Below are positions 30,179 through 40,440 of a stretch of DNA of 64,000 bases, piece after piece (position 1 is the first letter of the stretch; each line of letters starts with the position of its first letter). The notes beneath the pieces were generated by a model. The model searched no databases and was not told the origin of the DNA. It saw nothing but the letters and a program-made list of their open reading frames with translations. Location of the stretch: positions 1,184,001-1,248,000 of the forward strand of contig CAWETW010000003.1 in assembly GCA_963812155.1 (NCBI GenBank), read 5' to 3'. The position numbers and the translations under genes are program-made. The DNA is from Vulcanimicrobiota bacterium (GTDB taxonomy: Bacteria; Vulcanimicrobiota; Vulcanimicrobiia; Vulcanimicrobiales; Vulcanimicrobiaceae).

Positions 30179-30922
30179 TTGACGCTCGATCGCCCGCGAT
30201 TCTCGCGCGTTCTGCTGAAAATCTCCGGCGAAGCCTTCGCCGGCGACGACACCGGCGTCGACGTCAACACGACGCGCGCGATGGCCGAGCAAATCGGCGA
30301 AGTCAGCCGGGCCGGCGTGTCGATCGCAGTCGTCGTGGGCGGTGGAAACATCTGGCGCGGCAAGGTGCACGAAGAGGCCGGGATGGAGCGCGCCACGGCG
30401 GATTACATGGGCATGCTCGCGACGGTCATCAACGCGCTGGCGCTGCAGGACGCGCTCGAGCGCATGGGCGTTCCTTCGCGCGTGCAGACGGCAATCGCGA
30501 TGCACCAGATTGCCGAACCCTACATCCGCCGCCGTGCGATCCGCCATCTCGAGAAGGGGCGCGTCGTGATTTTTGCCGCCGGAACGGGTAATCCGTACTT
30601 CACCACCGATACCACGGCCGCGCTGCGCGCGGTCGAAGTGAACGCCGAAGCGATCCTCAAGGCGACGAAGGTCGACGGCATTTACTCCGCCGATCCGAAG
30701 AAACACCCGAATGCCACGCGTTTCGAACGCCTGGAGTACATGGAGGTACTGCAACGCGGCCTCGAAGTGATGGATTCGACGGCAATGGCGCTGTGCATGG
30801 ATAACGCGCTGCCGGTGATCGTCTTCGACATGGCGGTGCCCGACAACATCCGGCGCGTCATTTGGGGCGAGGCGATCGGCACGTACGTCGGACGGCTCCA
30901 GCCCGAACCCGCGGGAGCGTAA
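30179..30922 (+). CDS. pyrH: UMP kinase
   Basis: [16 protein letters not shown] and [10 protein letters not shown] motifs. Confidence 0.97.
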   Translation: MTLDRPRFSRVLLKISGEAFAGDDTGVDVNTTRAMAEQIGEVSRAGVSIAVVVGGGNIWRGKVHEEAGMERATADYMGMLATVINALALQDALERMGVPSRVQTAIAMHQIAEPYIRRRAIRHLEKGRVVIFAAGTGNPYFTTDTTAALRAVEVNAEAILKATKVDGIYSADPKKHPNATRFERLEYMEVLQRGLEVMDSTAMALCMDNALPVIVFDMAVPDNIRRVIWGEAIGTYVGRLQPEPAGA

Positions 30923-30926
30923 GCGC

Positions 30927-31487
30927 ATGAATAACGATCCGTATTTCAAAGAGATCGAGTCGCGCATGACCAAGTGCGTGGAAGCGACGCGCTCGGAGTT
31001 TGCGTCGATCCGCACCGGGCGCGCGACGCCCGCCCTTCTCGACCGGCTGCACGTCGACGCGTACGGGCAAGCGGTGCCCCTCAAACAGGTTGCCGGCGTT
31101 TCGGTGCCCGATACGCGCACGCTGGTGATCGCGGCGTGGGACAAAAGCGTCGTTCCCGAGATAAAAAAGGCGATCGAGAAGAGCGACCTCGGACTCACGC
31201 CCAACATCGACGGCACGTCGATTCGCCTGACGATTCCGCCGCTCAATGAAGAGCGCCGCAAAGACCTGGCCAAAATCGTGAAGAAGAAGGGCGAGGACGG
31301 GAAGATCGCGGTGCGCAACGTCCGGCACAAGGCGCACGACGAGATCAAAGGCCGGCTCAAGCAGCACGAGATTACCGAGGACGACAACAAGCGCATGCAG
31401 GACGCCTTGCAAAAGCTGACCGACCGGTACATCAAGGAGATCGACGCGCTGGTCGCTGCCAAAGAGCACGAGATCATGGAAGTGTGA
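30927..31487 (+). CDS. frr: Ribosome recycling factor
   Basis: IRTGRA and PPLNEERRKDL motifs. Confidence 0.97.
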   Translation: MNNDPYFKEIESRMTKCVEATRSEFASIRTGRATPALLDRLHVDAYGQAVPLKQVAGVSVPDTRTLVIAAWDKSVVPEIKKAIEKSDLGLTPNIDGTSIRLTIPPLNEERRKDLAKIVKKKGEDGKIAVRNVRHKAHDEIKGRLKQHEITEDDNKRMQDALQKLTDRYIKEIDALVAAKEHEIMEV

Positions 31488-31714
31488 ACGACCTAGCGCT
31501 GGTCTGCGAGGTCGATGCGCGGCGCGCGCTGCGAGAGCATCGCTTGCGCCTGTGTGTGCTCGTTCCGTTCGGCGGTTGGATCGGCTGCGGCAAACTTCGG
31601 GTGTTGCGGCTGCAAGTTCACGACGACGAGAGCGCGACGCTGACGGCGGGATACGAGTCGTATCGCCGAGCGCTTCCGCAACGCCGCCCGTCCCGCGACG
31701 GACGCGCCGCATGA
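31484..31714 (+). CDS. Small hypothetical protein
   Basis: Fills the frr-uppS gap exactly, with 4-nt GTGA and ATGA overlaps. Confidence 0.65.
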   Translation: MNDLALVCEVDARRALREHRLRLCVLVPFGGWIGCGKLRVLRLQVHDDESATLTAGYESYRRALPQRRPSRDGRAA

Positions 31715-32448
31715 TTCACCCGGCACGCCGGCCGGCTGTCGTCGAGCCCTCGATCGTTCCGCGGCACGTCGCCATCATCATGGACGGCAACCGCCGCTGG
31801 GCAAAGCGGCGCGGTTTACCCGCCATCGAAGGGCATCGTCGCGGCATCGTCTCGCTGCGGCGCGTCACGCAGGCGGCGAGCGACCTTGGAATTAACGTGC
31901 TCACGGTCTACGGATTTTCGACCGAAAACTGGAATCGCGACGCGCGCGAAATCTCGCTGCTCTTCGATCTGTGCGTCTATTTCGCGCGTAACGAGCTCGC
32001 CGAACTCGTGCGCAACGACGTGCGGGTGCGCGTCATCGGCGATTGGGAATCGCTGCCGCCGGCACCGCGCCGTGCGCTGGCCGATCTACAGCACGGAACC
32101 GCGGCCAACGGGGGATTGCTGCTCAACCTCGCGGTCAACTACAGCTCGCATGCCGAACTGGCCCGCGCCGTACGCGCGATTGCCGCCGACGTGGCCGCCG
32201 GTACGCTGCGTCCCGACGACGTCGACGAAGCCCTGATTGGGCGCTATCTCTACACCGCCGACCTTCCCGAACTCGATCTGCTCGTCCGTCCGGGCGGCGA
32301 ACACCGGCTCTCGAACTTTTTGCTCTATCAGGCCGCCTATGCGGAACTCGTGCTCAGCGAGGTGCTCTGGCCGGACTTTACTGCCGACGATTTAACGCGC
32401 GCGCTCGTGGAGTACGCGCAGCGCGAACGGCGCTTCGGAGGAGCGTGA
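31711..32448 (+). CDS. uppS: Undecaprenyl diphosphate synthase
   Basis: HVAIIMDGNRRWA, FSTENW, RLSNFLLYQ and RRFGG motifs. Confidence 0.96.
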   Translation: MIHPARRPAVVEPSIVPRHVAIIMDGNRRWAKRRGLPAIEGHRRGIVSLRRVTQAASDLGINVLTVYGFSTENWNRDAREISLLFDLCVYFARNELAELVRNDVRVRVIGDWESLPPAPRRALADLQHGTAANGGLLLNLAVNYSSHAELARAVRAIAADVAAGTLRPDDVDEALIGRYLYTADLPELDLLVRPGGEHRLSNFLLYQAAYAELVLSEVLWPDFTADDLTRALVEYAQRERRFGGA

Positions 32449-33296
32449 GCGCTCGCGACGCGATCGCTACGAGCGGCGCCCGCACCAACCCGATCACCCT
32501 GCGCCGCGTTGTCGTCGGCATCATCGTGGCGGCGATCGGCCTGGGCTGCGTTGCCGTTCCGTGGGCGTTCTATCTTCTGATCCTGGCGATCAGCCTGGCC
32601 GCCATCTACGAACTCAACGCCCTGTGCGAGAAGAAGGGCCAGCCGCTGGAGTATCCCGTCGCCGTTGCCGGCGTCTGCGGCTACGTCTTGATGGCAGCAT
32701 TCGGCACGCTGCACAAGTGGGAAGGCGTGCTGCTCGCGGGAATCGTTATCGCGGCCTTTTGGATCGGCATGTACGGCGAGCAAAAGGGCTACTTCGCGCG
32801 CACGGCTTACACGCTGCTGGCGGCGCTGTACATCGGCAAGTTGCTGACGTACTTCGTATTCGTGCGGCAGATCCCGATCGACGGCATGTGGCTGACGTTC
32901 TACGTCATTCTGATGGTCGCGTTGACCGACATCTTCGGTATGGTCGTCGGAACGTTCGTCGGCCGCCATCAATTGACGAAGGTCTCGCCGCGAAAAACGG
33001 TTGAAGGTTCGTTCGGTTCGCTGGTCGTCGTCACGGCGTTTGCCATCGCTGCGACGAGTTTCCCGCCGCTGCATCTGCTGTGGTGGCAGGGTGCGGTGCT
33101 CGGCCTGTTGACGAGCGTGGCCGCGCAGGCCGGCGACTTGGTCGAGTCCGCGCTCAAACGCGATGCCGGCGTGAAAGACGCAGGCGACATGATCGCGGGG
33201 CACGGCGGCGTGCTCGACCGCTTCGATTCGTATCTCTTCGGCGGCGTCGCGTTTTTCGCGACGCTCCACCTGCTCGGCGTGCTGCAGATGCAATGA
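32445..33296 (+). CDS. cdsA: Phosphatidate cytidylyltransferase
   Basis: [18 protein letters not shown] and [11 protein letters not shown] motifs. Confidence 0.95.
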   Translation: MSARDAIATSGARTNPITLRRVVVGIIVAAIGLGCVAVPWAFYLLILAISLAAIYELNALCEKKGQPLEYPVAVAGVCGYVLMAAFGTLHKWEGVLLAGIVIAAFWIGMYGEQKGYFARTAYTLLAALYIGKLLTYFVFVRQIPIDGMWLTFYVILMVALTDIFGMVVGTFVGRHQLTKVSPRKTVEGSFGSLVVVTAFAIAATSFPPLHLLWWQGAVLGLLTSVAAQAGDLVESALKRDAGVKDAGDMIAGHGGVLDRFDSYLFGGVAFFATLHLLGVLQMQ

Positions 33297-34448
33297 AGCG
33301 CAGACGGATCGCCATTCTCGGCAGCACCGGTTCGATCGGCACGCAAGCGCTCGACGTCGTCGCGCGCCATCCCGATCGCTTCGAGGTCGTAGGATTGGCC
33401 GCCGGCCGCAACGCCGACGCTGCTCGCGGAGCAATCCCAGCGTTTCGATTGCGCGCTGGCGACGACGGCTGCCGACGGGCCGCAGTCCCTGATCCGCGTT
33501 GCCGTCGAGAGCGAACCCGACGTCGTGCTCGCCGCAACCGACGGCGCGGTAGCGTTCGACGCGGTGTTTGCGGCGGTCGAACGCGGCACGACGATCGCCG
33601 TTGCCAATAAGGAACTCATCGTTGCCGCCGGCGAGTTGCTGGTCGCGGCGGCGGCGCGCAGCGGCGCGCGACTGCTTCCGGTCGATAGCGAGCACAGCGC
33701 GATCTTTCAATGTCTGATCGGCGAAGACGTCGCCGAAGCGTCGCGGCGATCGTGCTTACCGCGTCGGGCGGTCCGTTTTGGCGGTCGTCGCGCGAAGAAA
33801 TGGCCAACGCCGGCATCGCGCAAGCGCTCGCACATCCGACGTGGCGCATGGGTACGAAGAACACGATCGACTCCGCCACCATGATGAACAAGGGGCTGGA
33901 AGTCATCGAAGCCAGCCGGCTGTTCGGCATTCCGGCAGAACGCGTGCGCATCGTCGTTCATCCGCAGTCGATTGCACACGGTTTCGTCGTCTTCACCGAC
34001 GGCAGCGTCAAAGCGCAGCTCGCCGCGCCCGATATGCGACTGCCGATCGGCTACGCGCTGGCTTACCCAGAGCGTCTTTCGAACGGCGCGCCGAAGGGCG
34101 AGGGCGACAGCCTGCGGGCGCTCGGGGCGAAACCCGACCAAGCGCAACTCCGTTACGATTTCGAGCCACCCGATTTCGAACGGTTCCCATGCGTCGCGGC
34201 TGGCATACCGGGCGCTCGCCGAGGGCGGGGCCCTCCCGGCGGTGCTGTCGGCTGCAAACGAGGTCGCCGTCGAAGCGTTTGTCGAAGGGAGGATCGCCTT
34301 CGGAGAGATCGCCGGGATCATCGAGTCAACGATGGACTCGGTCGAAAGCGTGGAACCGACGCTGGCCGGCATCCGCGCGGCGGACGCCGGAGCTCGTCAA
34401 ACCGCAAAGGCACTCGTCGAACGAATCGAAAGGGCGTCGTGTCGCTAA
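33293..34448 (+). CDS. dxr: 1-deoxy-D-xylulose-5-phosphate reductoisomerase (3 frameshifts)
   Basis: [44 protein letters not shown] and ANEVAV across frames; shifts at about 33420, 33735 and 34195. Confidence 0.92.
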
Positions 34449-35589
34449 CCGTCTCCACCCTCGTCGGAATCGAAAAGATCGTCACCTTCCTGCTCATGCT
34501 GTCGGTGCTGGTGGTGCTCCACGAGCTCGGCCACTTCGTGCTCGCGCGCCGAAACGGCGTGCGCGTCAACGAGTTCGCCATCGGGATGGGCCCCAAGCTC
34601 TTCGGCTGGAAGTCGCCGCGCAGCGGCACGCTGTACTCGCTTCGCGCGCTGCCGATCGGCGGCTACTGCGCGATGCAAGGCGAGGACGGGAAGACCTCCG
34701 AGGCCGAGCAGCAGCGCGAGTTTCGCGGTCGGAGGCGCTCGACGACGACAACTTTCAAGCGAAATCCGCGTGGCGGCGACTCGCCATCGTGCTTGCCGGA
34801 CCGGTAGCGAACTTCATTCTCTGCTACGCGATCCTGCTGATCGGTGCCCTGTCGTTCGGCGTCATCGGTGCCGGATCGCACGGCGTCGTTCAGCCGGTCG
34901 TGGGCATCGTCGTGCCGGGCTCACCGGCGGCGGTGGCCGGCCTGAAGATCGGCGACCGGATCGTCGAACTCGACGGTGTCGCCGTGACCAGCGGCGAAAA
35001 GCTCATCGACGTATTCACGGTTCGCTCGGCAAACGGCTCGATCTCGTATACTTGCGCAACGGCGCGCGCAACGAAGTGTACGTAACCTCCGAATCGTGCG
35101 CCCACCTCGGGAACGCGGGCGCAAAGAAGCTGGGTTGCATCGGGTTTACCCCGGTGCCGCAGTTCGAACGCGTCGGATTTCCCGAAGCGGTGCGCCAAAG
35201 CGGCATTGAGTTCGCCGGCATTGCCGATCAGACGGTCGGCAGCATCGTTCTGCTCGTCACGCACTTCACGAAGTACGCGCCGCAGATTTCCGGCGTCATC
35301 GGCATGGGTCAGGTCGCGACGACGATCCAGGATTGGGGATGGGGCCCGTACCTCTGGCTGGCCGCGACGATCTCGTTCGCGCTCGGACTCTTCAACTTGC
35401 TGCCGATTCCCGGCGCTCGACGGCGGACGCGCCGCGTTCATCATCGCCGAGCTCCTGCGCGGCAAGCCGGTCGATCCCGAAAAGGAAGCGATGGTGCACA
35501 TCGCCGGCTTCGCCGCGCTGATGGCGCTGATGCTGCTGATCGCGTTTCACGACATCGCGCGCATCGCCAGCGGCAACGGGGTCATGTAG
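34439..35589 (+). CDS. rseP: RIP metalloprotease RseP (3 frameshifts)
   Basis: HELGH, LPIGGY, AGPVAN, a PDZ domain and NLLPIP-ALDGG; shifts at about 34730, 35010 and 35410. Confidence 0.9.
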
Positions 35590-35590
35590 C

Positions 35591-36736
35591 GTGATTCGCT
35601 TGCGCCGCCAAAGCAAGCCGATCTTCCTGCAGAACAAGACCGGCAAGTCCGACGCGAAGAGCGTGTGGATCGGCGGCGACCATCCGATCGTCGTGCAGTC
35701 GATGACGACGACCGATACCGCCGACGCCGACAAGACGCTCGAACAGATTTACGGCTTGACGATGGAAGGCTGCGAAGTCGTCCGCGTGACGGTCAAGGAT
35801 CCGCCCGACGCCGCGGGTCTGCCGGCCATCGTGCACCGCTCGCCGGTTCCGATCGTCGCGGACATTCACTTCGATCACAAGATGGCGCTCGCGGCCATCG
35901 AAGCCGGCGTCGCGAAGCTGCGTTTGAATCCCGGCAACATTCGCGACCCGAAGAAGGTCTCGGAAGTCGTGACCGCCGCGAAAGCACGCGGCATTCCGAT
36001 TCGCGTCGGCGTCAACATGGGTTCGCTCGCGCCGGATCTGGAGAAGACGCTCGGGCATACGGCCGAAGCGATGGTCGAATCGGCGCTGCGTCACGTCGAG
36101 ATGCTCGAAGAGCACGGTCACACCGACATCGCGATCTCGCTCAAGGCGCACGACGTGCTGACGACCGTCGCCGCCTACCGCCTGATGGACAAGCGCTTGC
36201 GCGAGCGCGACAACGCCCTACGCGCTGCATCTCGGCATCACCGAGGCGGGATTGCTGCGCGACGGCACGATCAAGTCGTCGATCGGTCTCGGCATTCTGC
36301 TGTTCGAAGGCATCGGCGATACGATTGCGCGTTTCGCTCGCGGCACGATCCGGTCGAAGAAGTGCCGGTCTGCTGGGACATTCTCAAGTCGCTCGGCCTG
36401 CGCGAAAAAGGCTTCGAAATCACCGCGTGTCCGTCGTGCGGCCGCGCCGAGATTTCGGTGCTCGAACTCGGCCGCGCGGTCGAAGCGATCGCAAAATCGT
36501 ACAACGCGCCGGTCAAGGTCGCCGTGATGGGCTGCGTCGTCAACGGACCGGGCGAATCGAAGATGGCCGACGTCGGCGTCGCCGGCGGAAAAGGCAAAGG
36601 CGCGATTTATCGCGCCGGCGAGTTGGTCGGCACGTATCCGGAAAGCGAACTGCTCGGCATGCTCCGTCTCGAGATCGAAAAGGTCATCGTGGAGAAATAT
36701 CCGGAGTACGTCCACGAGATCGGCGCCCAAACGTGA
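35591..36736 (+). CDS. ispG: HMBPP synthase IspG (3 compensating +1 shifts)
   Basis: VQSMT, ADIHF, RLNPGN, CPSCGR and [24 protein letters not shown] and RVSL lie in alternate frames at about 36216-36346. Confidence 0.94.
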   Translation: MIRLRRQSKPIFLQNKTGKSDAKSVWIGGDHPIVVQSMTTTDTADADKTLEQIYGLTMEGCEVVRVTVKDPPDAAGLPAIVHRSPVPIVADIHFDHKMALAAIEAGVAKLRLNPGNIRDPKKVSEVVTAAKARGIPIRVGVNMGSLAPDLEKTLGHTAEAMVESALRHVEMLEEHGHTDIAISLKAHDVLTTVAAYRLMDKRLRERDNALRAASRHHRGGIAARRHDQVVDRSRHSAVRRHRRYDCAFRSRHDPVEEVPVCWDILKSLGLREKGFEITACPSCGRAEISVLELGRAVEAIAKSYNAPVKVAVMGCVVNGPGESKMADVGVAGGKGKGAIYRAGELVGTYPESELLGMLRLEIEKVIVEKYPEYVHEIGAQT

Positions 36737-36779
36737 CGTACCGAGCGCCGGGCAACGCGTCACGCTCGGCTCGGTCGCG

Positions 36780-37206
36780 GTGCTCGCGCTCCTCGCTTCC
36801 GCGCTGCTGGCGTTTTCGCGGCCGGTGGAGATGATGGTCGACGGCGAGCGCGTCGAAAGTGACGTGCCGCCCGTGACGACCGCCGACGACCGCGTCTTCG
36901 TCCCGATTCGCAGCTTTGCTCGCGCTCTCGGCGCCCAGACGTCCGGCGAAGACGGCCACATCGACGTCGTGCGTGGAAGTCAATCGCTGCGCGTGAAGGC
37001 CGGCGACGTGCGCGCCACGGTCAACGGCAAGCCGATGACCTTGACGCACGCGCCATTTCTCGTGCGCGGCCGCGTCATGGTGGAACTCGACACGCTTGCC
37101 GGCGCCTTCAACGTACGCGCGCGTTACGACGCGCGCACCGCGCGCATCGAGCGTGTTGACGCCCGGTACCGGACAAGCTCCGGCGTCCCCAGTAAGCACG
37201 CAATAA
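36780..37206 (+). CDS. Copper amine oxidase N-terminal (stalk) domain secreted protein
   Basis: DVPP..RVFVPIR, ATVNGKPMTL..APF..GRVMV. A probable +1 shift near 37152 gives the end VLTPGTGQAPASPVSTQ*. Confidence 0.75.
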
Positions 37207-37218
37207 GGGGGCCGCACG

Positions 37219-38157
37219 ATGCGCTCGTATGCCGTCGCCCTCTCGGTGCTCTGCGCCACGCTGCTTGCGGCATGCGGCGAACGTGGACCCGAAGCGTTCA
37301 ACGCGGTTCCCGCAGCTGCAGCCTTCGGTGGAGGTATGCAGGGCGCGTGGATGTCGCCGGCGGCCAAGAATCCCGACCTGCTCTATATCGCTACCGGCGA
37401 CGACGCCTACATCGTGACCTATCCGGGCGGGAAACTCGTGGGTGCCTTGGGCCTCAACTTCGCGTCGTCGCTGTGCACGGACCGTGCCGGGAATGTCTTC
37501 TTTCCAGTGGGAAAAGTCGTGGAGTATCAGCACGGGAGCCTGCGCCCGTCGCGCGTGCTGGATACCGACAATCTCATTGCGGTAAGCTGTGCGGTCGATA
37601 GGACGACGAACGATCTCGCCGTCATGTGCTGGTCCTCGGGGGCCAGTGCCGTCTTAGTCTATCCAAACGAGCAGATGACGCCCGTGTTCTACGGCACCGG
37701 ATTCGACGCCATCGGTCAGGGCGGCTATGACGACAAAGGCGACCTTTTCGTGGATGGAAACAATAGCCTGGCCGAACTTCGAAAGGGCAGCTCAGAGTTT
37801 GCGTATTATTCGCTCGACTACCGCTTCGATCCGTACGGCGCCATCCAGTGGGACGGTACGCACATGACCATCTCGCGTCCGTCCCATCACGAGATCTATC
37901 GCATCGAGACGGCGGGGTCTTCGCTGAAGATCATCGGAACGACGCACCTTCACGATTGGCACAATCCCTATAACGGAAATTATCCGTTCGTGCAGACGTG
38001 GATTCAAGGCGGCACGTTTATCGCTCAAGACGGTATTGGGGGCGACATTGGTTTATGGCCGTATCCCGAAGGTCACGAACACACGAAGACGATTCGCGGC
38101 TTTCGCAGCGGCCAGGTCAATATTTACGGCGTCGCGGTCAGCCTCGCAAAACGCTGA
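37219..38157 (+). CDS. Hypothetical lipoprotein, beta-propeller-like repeats
   Basis: Lipobox LAAC; repeats LCTDRAGNVF, CAVDRTTNDLAV, GYDDKGDLFVD and IQWDG. Confidence 0.75.
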   Translation: MRSYAVALSVLCATLLAACGERGPEAFNAVPAAAAFGGGMQGAWMSPAAKNPDLLYIATGDDAYIVTYPGGKLVGALGLNFASSLCTDRAGNVFFPVGKVVEYQHGSLRPSRVLDTDNLIAVSCAVDRTTNDLAVMCWSSGASAVLVYPNEQMTPVFYGTGFDAIGQGGYDDKGDLFVDGNNSLAELRKGSSEFAYYSLDYRFDPYGAIQWDGTHMTISRPSHHEIYRIETAGSSLKIIGTTHLHDWHNPYNGNYPFVQTWIQGGTFIAQDGIGGDIGLWPYPEGHEHTKTIRGFRSGQVNIYGVAVSLAKR

Positions 38158-38164
38158 CGCTCCG

Positions 38165-39691
38165 CTAGACCGATTCGGCTAAGCCTTCGGGTTCCACGAC
38201 GGGAACGACGTTTGCGGGATCCGATTTGCGGAATCCGTACGCGAAGAAGAATATCAGCCCCGCAACGAGCGCGATGACGAACCACGTCCACGTCGCGCGA
38301 GAGAGGCCGAAGACCGCGAGGAAAAGCGAGCAAACGATTCCGAGGATCGGAAAGAGTGGAACGAACGGCACGCGGAAACTGCGCGGCATATCCGGTTTGC
38401 GCTTGCGCAGATAGAGAACGCCGGCACAGACGACCGTAAACGCGATTAGCGTTCCGATGTTCACGAGGTTGAGCAGATTGTTCAGGGGCACGATGAGCGC
38501 GAGCACCGCAACGACGACGCCGGTGATGAGCGTCGTACGCAGCGGCGTCTTGAAGCGCGGATGCACGACGGCGACGGCCGGCGGCAGCATGCCGTCGCGC
38601 GCCATAACGTAAAAGATGCGCGACTGGCCGAGCAGCGAGGCGAGCGCGACGCTCGTCGTGCCGGCCAATACGCCGATGGTAATGACCCAATTGAGTGCCG
38701 GCATGTGCAGCGGTGCGAGCGCGTAGACCAGTGGATTCTTGATCGGCACCTGATTCCAAGGTACCGCGCCGACCAATACGATCGCAGTTGCGCAGTAGAT
38801 CAGCGTTCCGATCGCGAGGGCGCCGATCACGCCGACCGGTACGTCGAACTGCGGATTCTTGCACTCCTCGGCGGTCGTCGTCGCGGTATCGAACCCGATG
38901 TAACTGAAAAAGACGTACGCACCGATCGCGATGATACCGTAGGGCTGCGCCGACGACGAGTAGTCGGCCATTCCGCCGAACGGCTTGAGCGTTCCCCAGC
39001 CGATGGGGTTGAAATTGTGCAAATTGACCGCATGAAAGAGCAGCAAGCCGGCCGCGACGAAAACGACGAGGGCCGAAATTTTCAGCACGACGAAGATGTT
39101 GTTCGCCGTCGCGGATTCTCGGATGCCGACCGAAAGCAGAAGGCTCAATCCGATGACGAAGAGCGCGCCGACGACGTCGCACTGCGAGTGGGCGAGGTCC
39201 CAGCTCGACGGATTCCACCACGGTCCGTTGAAGATCAAGTTCGATTGTTGCGCCCACGCCGGCAGTGCCAAGCCCACGGTCTTGAACACGTCTTGGATCG
39301 ACGCCGAGAACTGCTGCGCGACGGGCGCTGCGCTGATGCCGTATTCGAAGATCAACGCGAAACCGATGATCCAGGCGAAGAGTTTCCCGAGCGTCGCGTA
39401 GGCGTAGGTGTACGCGCTCCCCGCGACCGGCACCATCGCGCCGAGTTCCGCGTAGCACAGTGCGGCAAAAAACGACGTAAGTCCGGCCAGCAGATAGGAG
39501 ATGATGACCGCCGGGCCGGCACCTTTGACGCCGGTACCGATGGTCGTGAAGATTCCGCCGCCGATCATCGTTCCAAGACCGATCGCGACGAGATCCTTCG
39601 CCGTTAGCGCGCGGCGAAGGATCTTGCTCTTGCTCATCTCGCGGAGCTTGTCGACGTTGGTCGTCGCGAAGAGTTCCGAGACGAATGACAT
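38165..39691 (-). CDS. APC family amino acid permease (CAT-like)
   Basis: GTMIGGGIF, GSAYTY, FFSYIGFD and AEECKNP motifs; 12 or more TMs. Confidence 0.94.
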   Translation of the reverse strand: MSFVSELFATTNVDKLREMSKSKILRRALTAKDLVAIGLGTMIGGGIFTTIGTGVKGAGPAVIISYLLAGLTSFFAALCYAELGAMVPVAGSAYTYAYATLGKLFAWIIGFALIFEYGISAAPVAQQFSASIQDVFKTVGLALPAWAQQSNLIFNGPWWNPSSWDLAHSQCDVVGALFVIGLSLLLSVGIRESATANNIFVVLKISALVVFVAAGLLLFHAVNLHNFNPIGWGTLKPFGGMADYSSSAQPYGIIAIGAYVFFSYIGFDTATTTAEECKNPQFDVPVGVIGALAIGTLIYCATAIVLVGAVPWNQVPIKNPLVYALAPLHMPALNWVITIGVLAGTTSVALASLLGQSRIFYVMARDGMLPPAVAVVHPRFKTPLRTTLITGVVVAVLALIVPLNNLLNLVNIGTLIAFTVVCAGVLYLRKRKPDMPRSFRVPFVPLFPILGIVCSLFLAVFGLSRATWTWFVIALVAGLIFFFAYGFRKSDPANVVPVVEPEGLAESV

Positions 39692-39748
39692 GCGGGCCGG
39701 GGTTCGCAAGCCAGGAGACCCGCTCCCCTGCGCCCAAAGCCGCCACCG

Positions 39749-40399
39749 ATGCGTTCGACTCAGTTGGCGCTCCGCGTCTGCTTAGTCGCAGTCGCCGCCG
39801 CCTTGGCCGCCGCGGCGGCGCACGTCCTGACCGACGTCGCCGGCGACTATCTCCTGTCACACGACGCCTATGACGGCGTCGCGCATCACTCCCGGCCCGT
39901 GCTGCTTGCCTTGGCCGGCCTCGTGCTGCTCGTCGCGGCATTGCGCATCATTTGCGACCTGCTCGATCGCCGCTGCAGTTCGAAGACCTCGATGCTCGCC
40001 GCGGTGCGTGCCGCGCTCGGACATCCTGCGGTGTTTGCCGTCGCGTCGGGCGCCGCAGCAATCGCCGCGCTGGCCGGGATGGAGTTTTTCGACTGTTCGC
40101 TGGCCGGAAGAATCGCCGGCATTGACGACCTCTTCGGCGGATCGGTTGCTCTAGGCGGCGGCACCGCGCTGTTCCTCGGCGCGGCTTGCGGATGGATAAT
40201 CCACCGCTGCGTCCGGCTCGTCGCAAAATACGAAGCGCCGATTGCCGCCTTGATCGGATCGGTTCTAAAGCTCGCGACGGGCATTCCGGTCGCGGTCACA
40301 TCGCAATGCCGCGCCGCGACGGTGCCGTGCATCGCATACGCGTTGATCCTCACGCGGCAGGGCCGCAAGCGCGGACCGCCGCGCCCCGTTTTCGGCTAA
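39749..40399 (+). CDS. His-rich membrane leader protein with C-terminal RGPP arrest-like motif
   Basis: About four hydrophobic segments, H25/H38/H46/H47 with Asp residues, ending KRGPPRPVFG*; 41 nt upstream of the TonB-dependent receptor. Confidence 0.75.
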   Translation: MRSTQLALRVCLVAVAAALAAAAAHVLTDVAGDYLLSHDAYDGVAHHSRPVLLALAGLVLLVAALRIICDLLDRRCSSKTSMLAAVRAALGHPAVFAVASGAAAIAALAGMEFFDCSLAGRIAGIDDLFGGSVALGGGTALFLGAACGWIIHRCVRLVAKYEAPIAALIGSVLKLATGIPVAVTSQCRAATVPCIAYALILTRQGRKRGPPRPVFG

Positions 40400-40433
40400 T
40401 CCTCTCACACTCGTACACGCCGTAAACGGAAGG
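40386..40433 (+). promoter_or_regulatory. Shine-Dalgarno-sequestering stem-loop
   Basis: CCGTTTTCGGC (40386-96) pairs 10/11 with GCCGTAAACGG (40419-29), overlapping SD GGAAGG (40428-33). Confidence 0.65.
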
Positions 40434-40440
40434 TTTTCCC

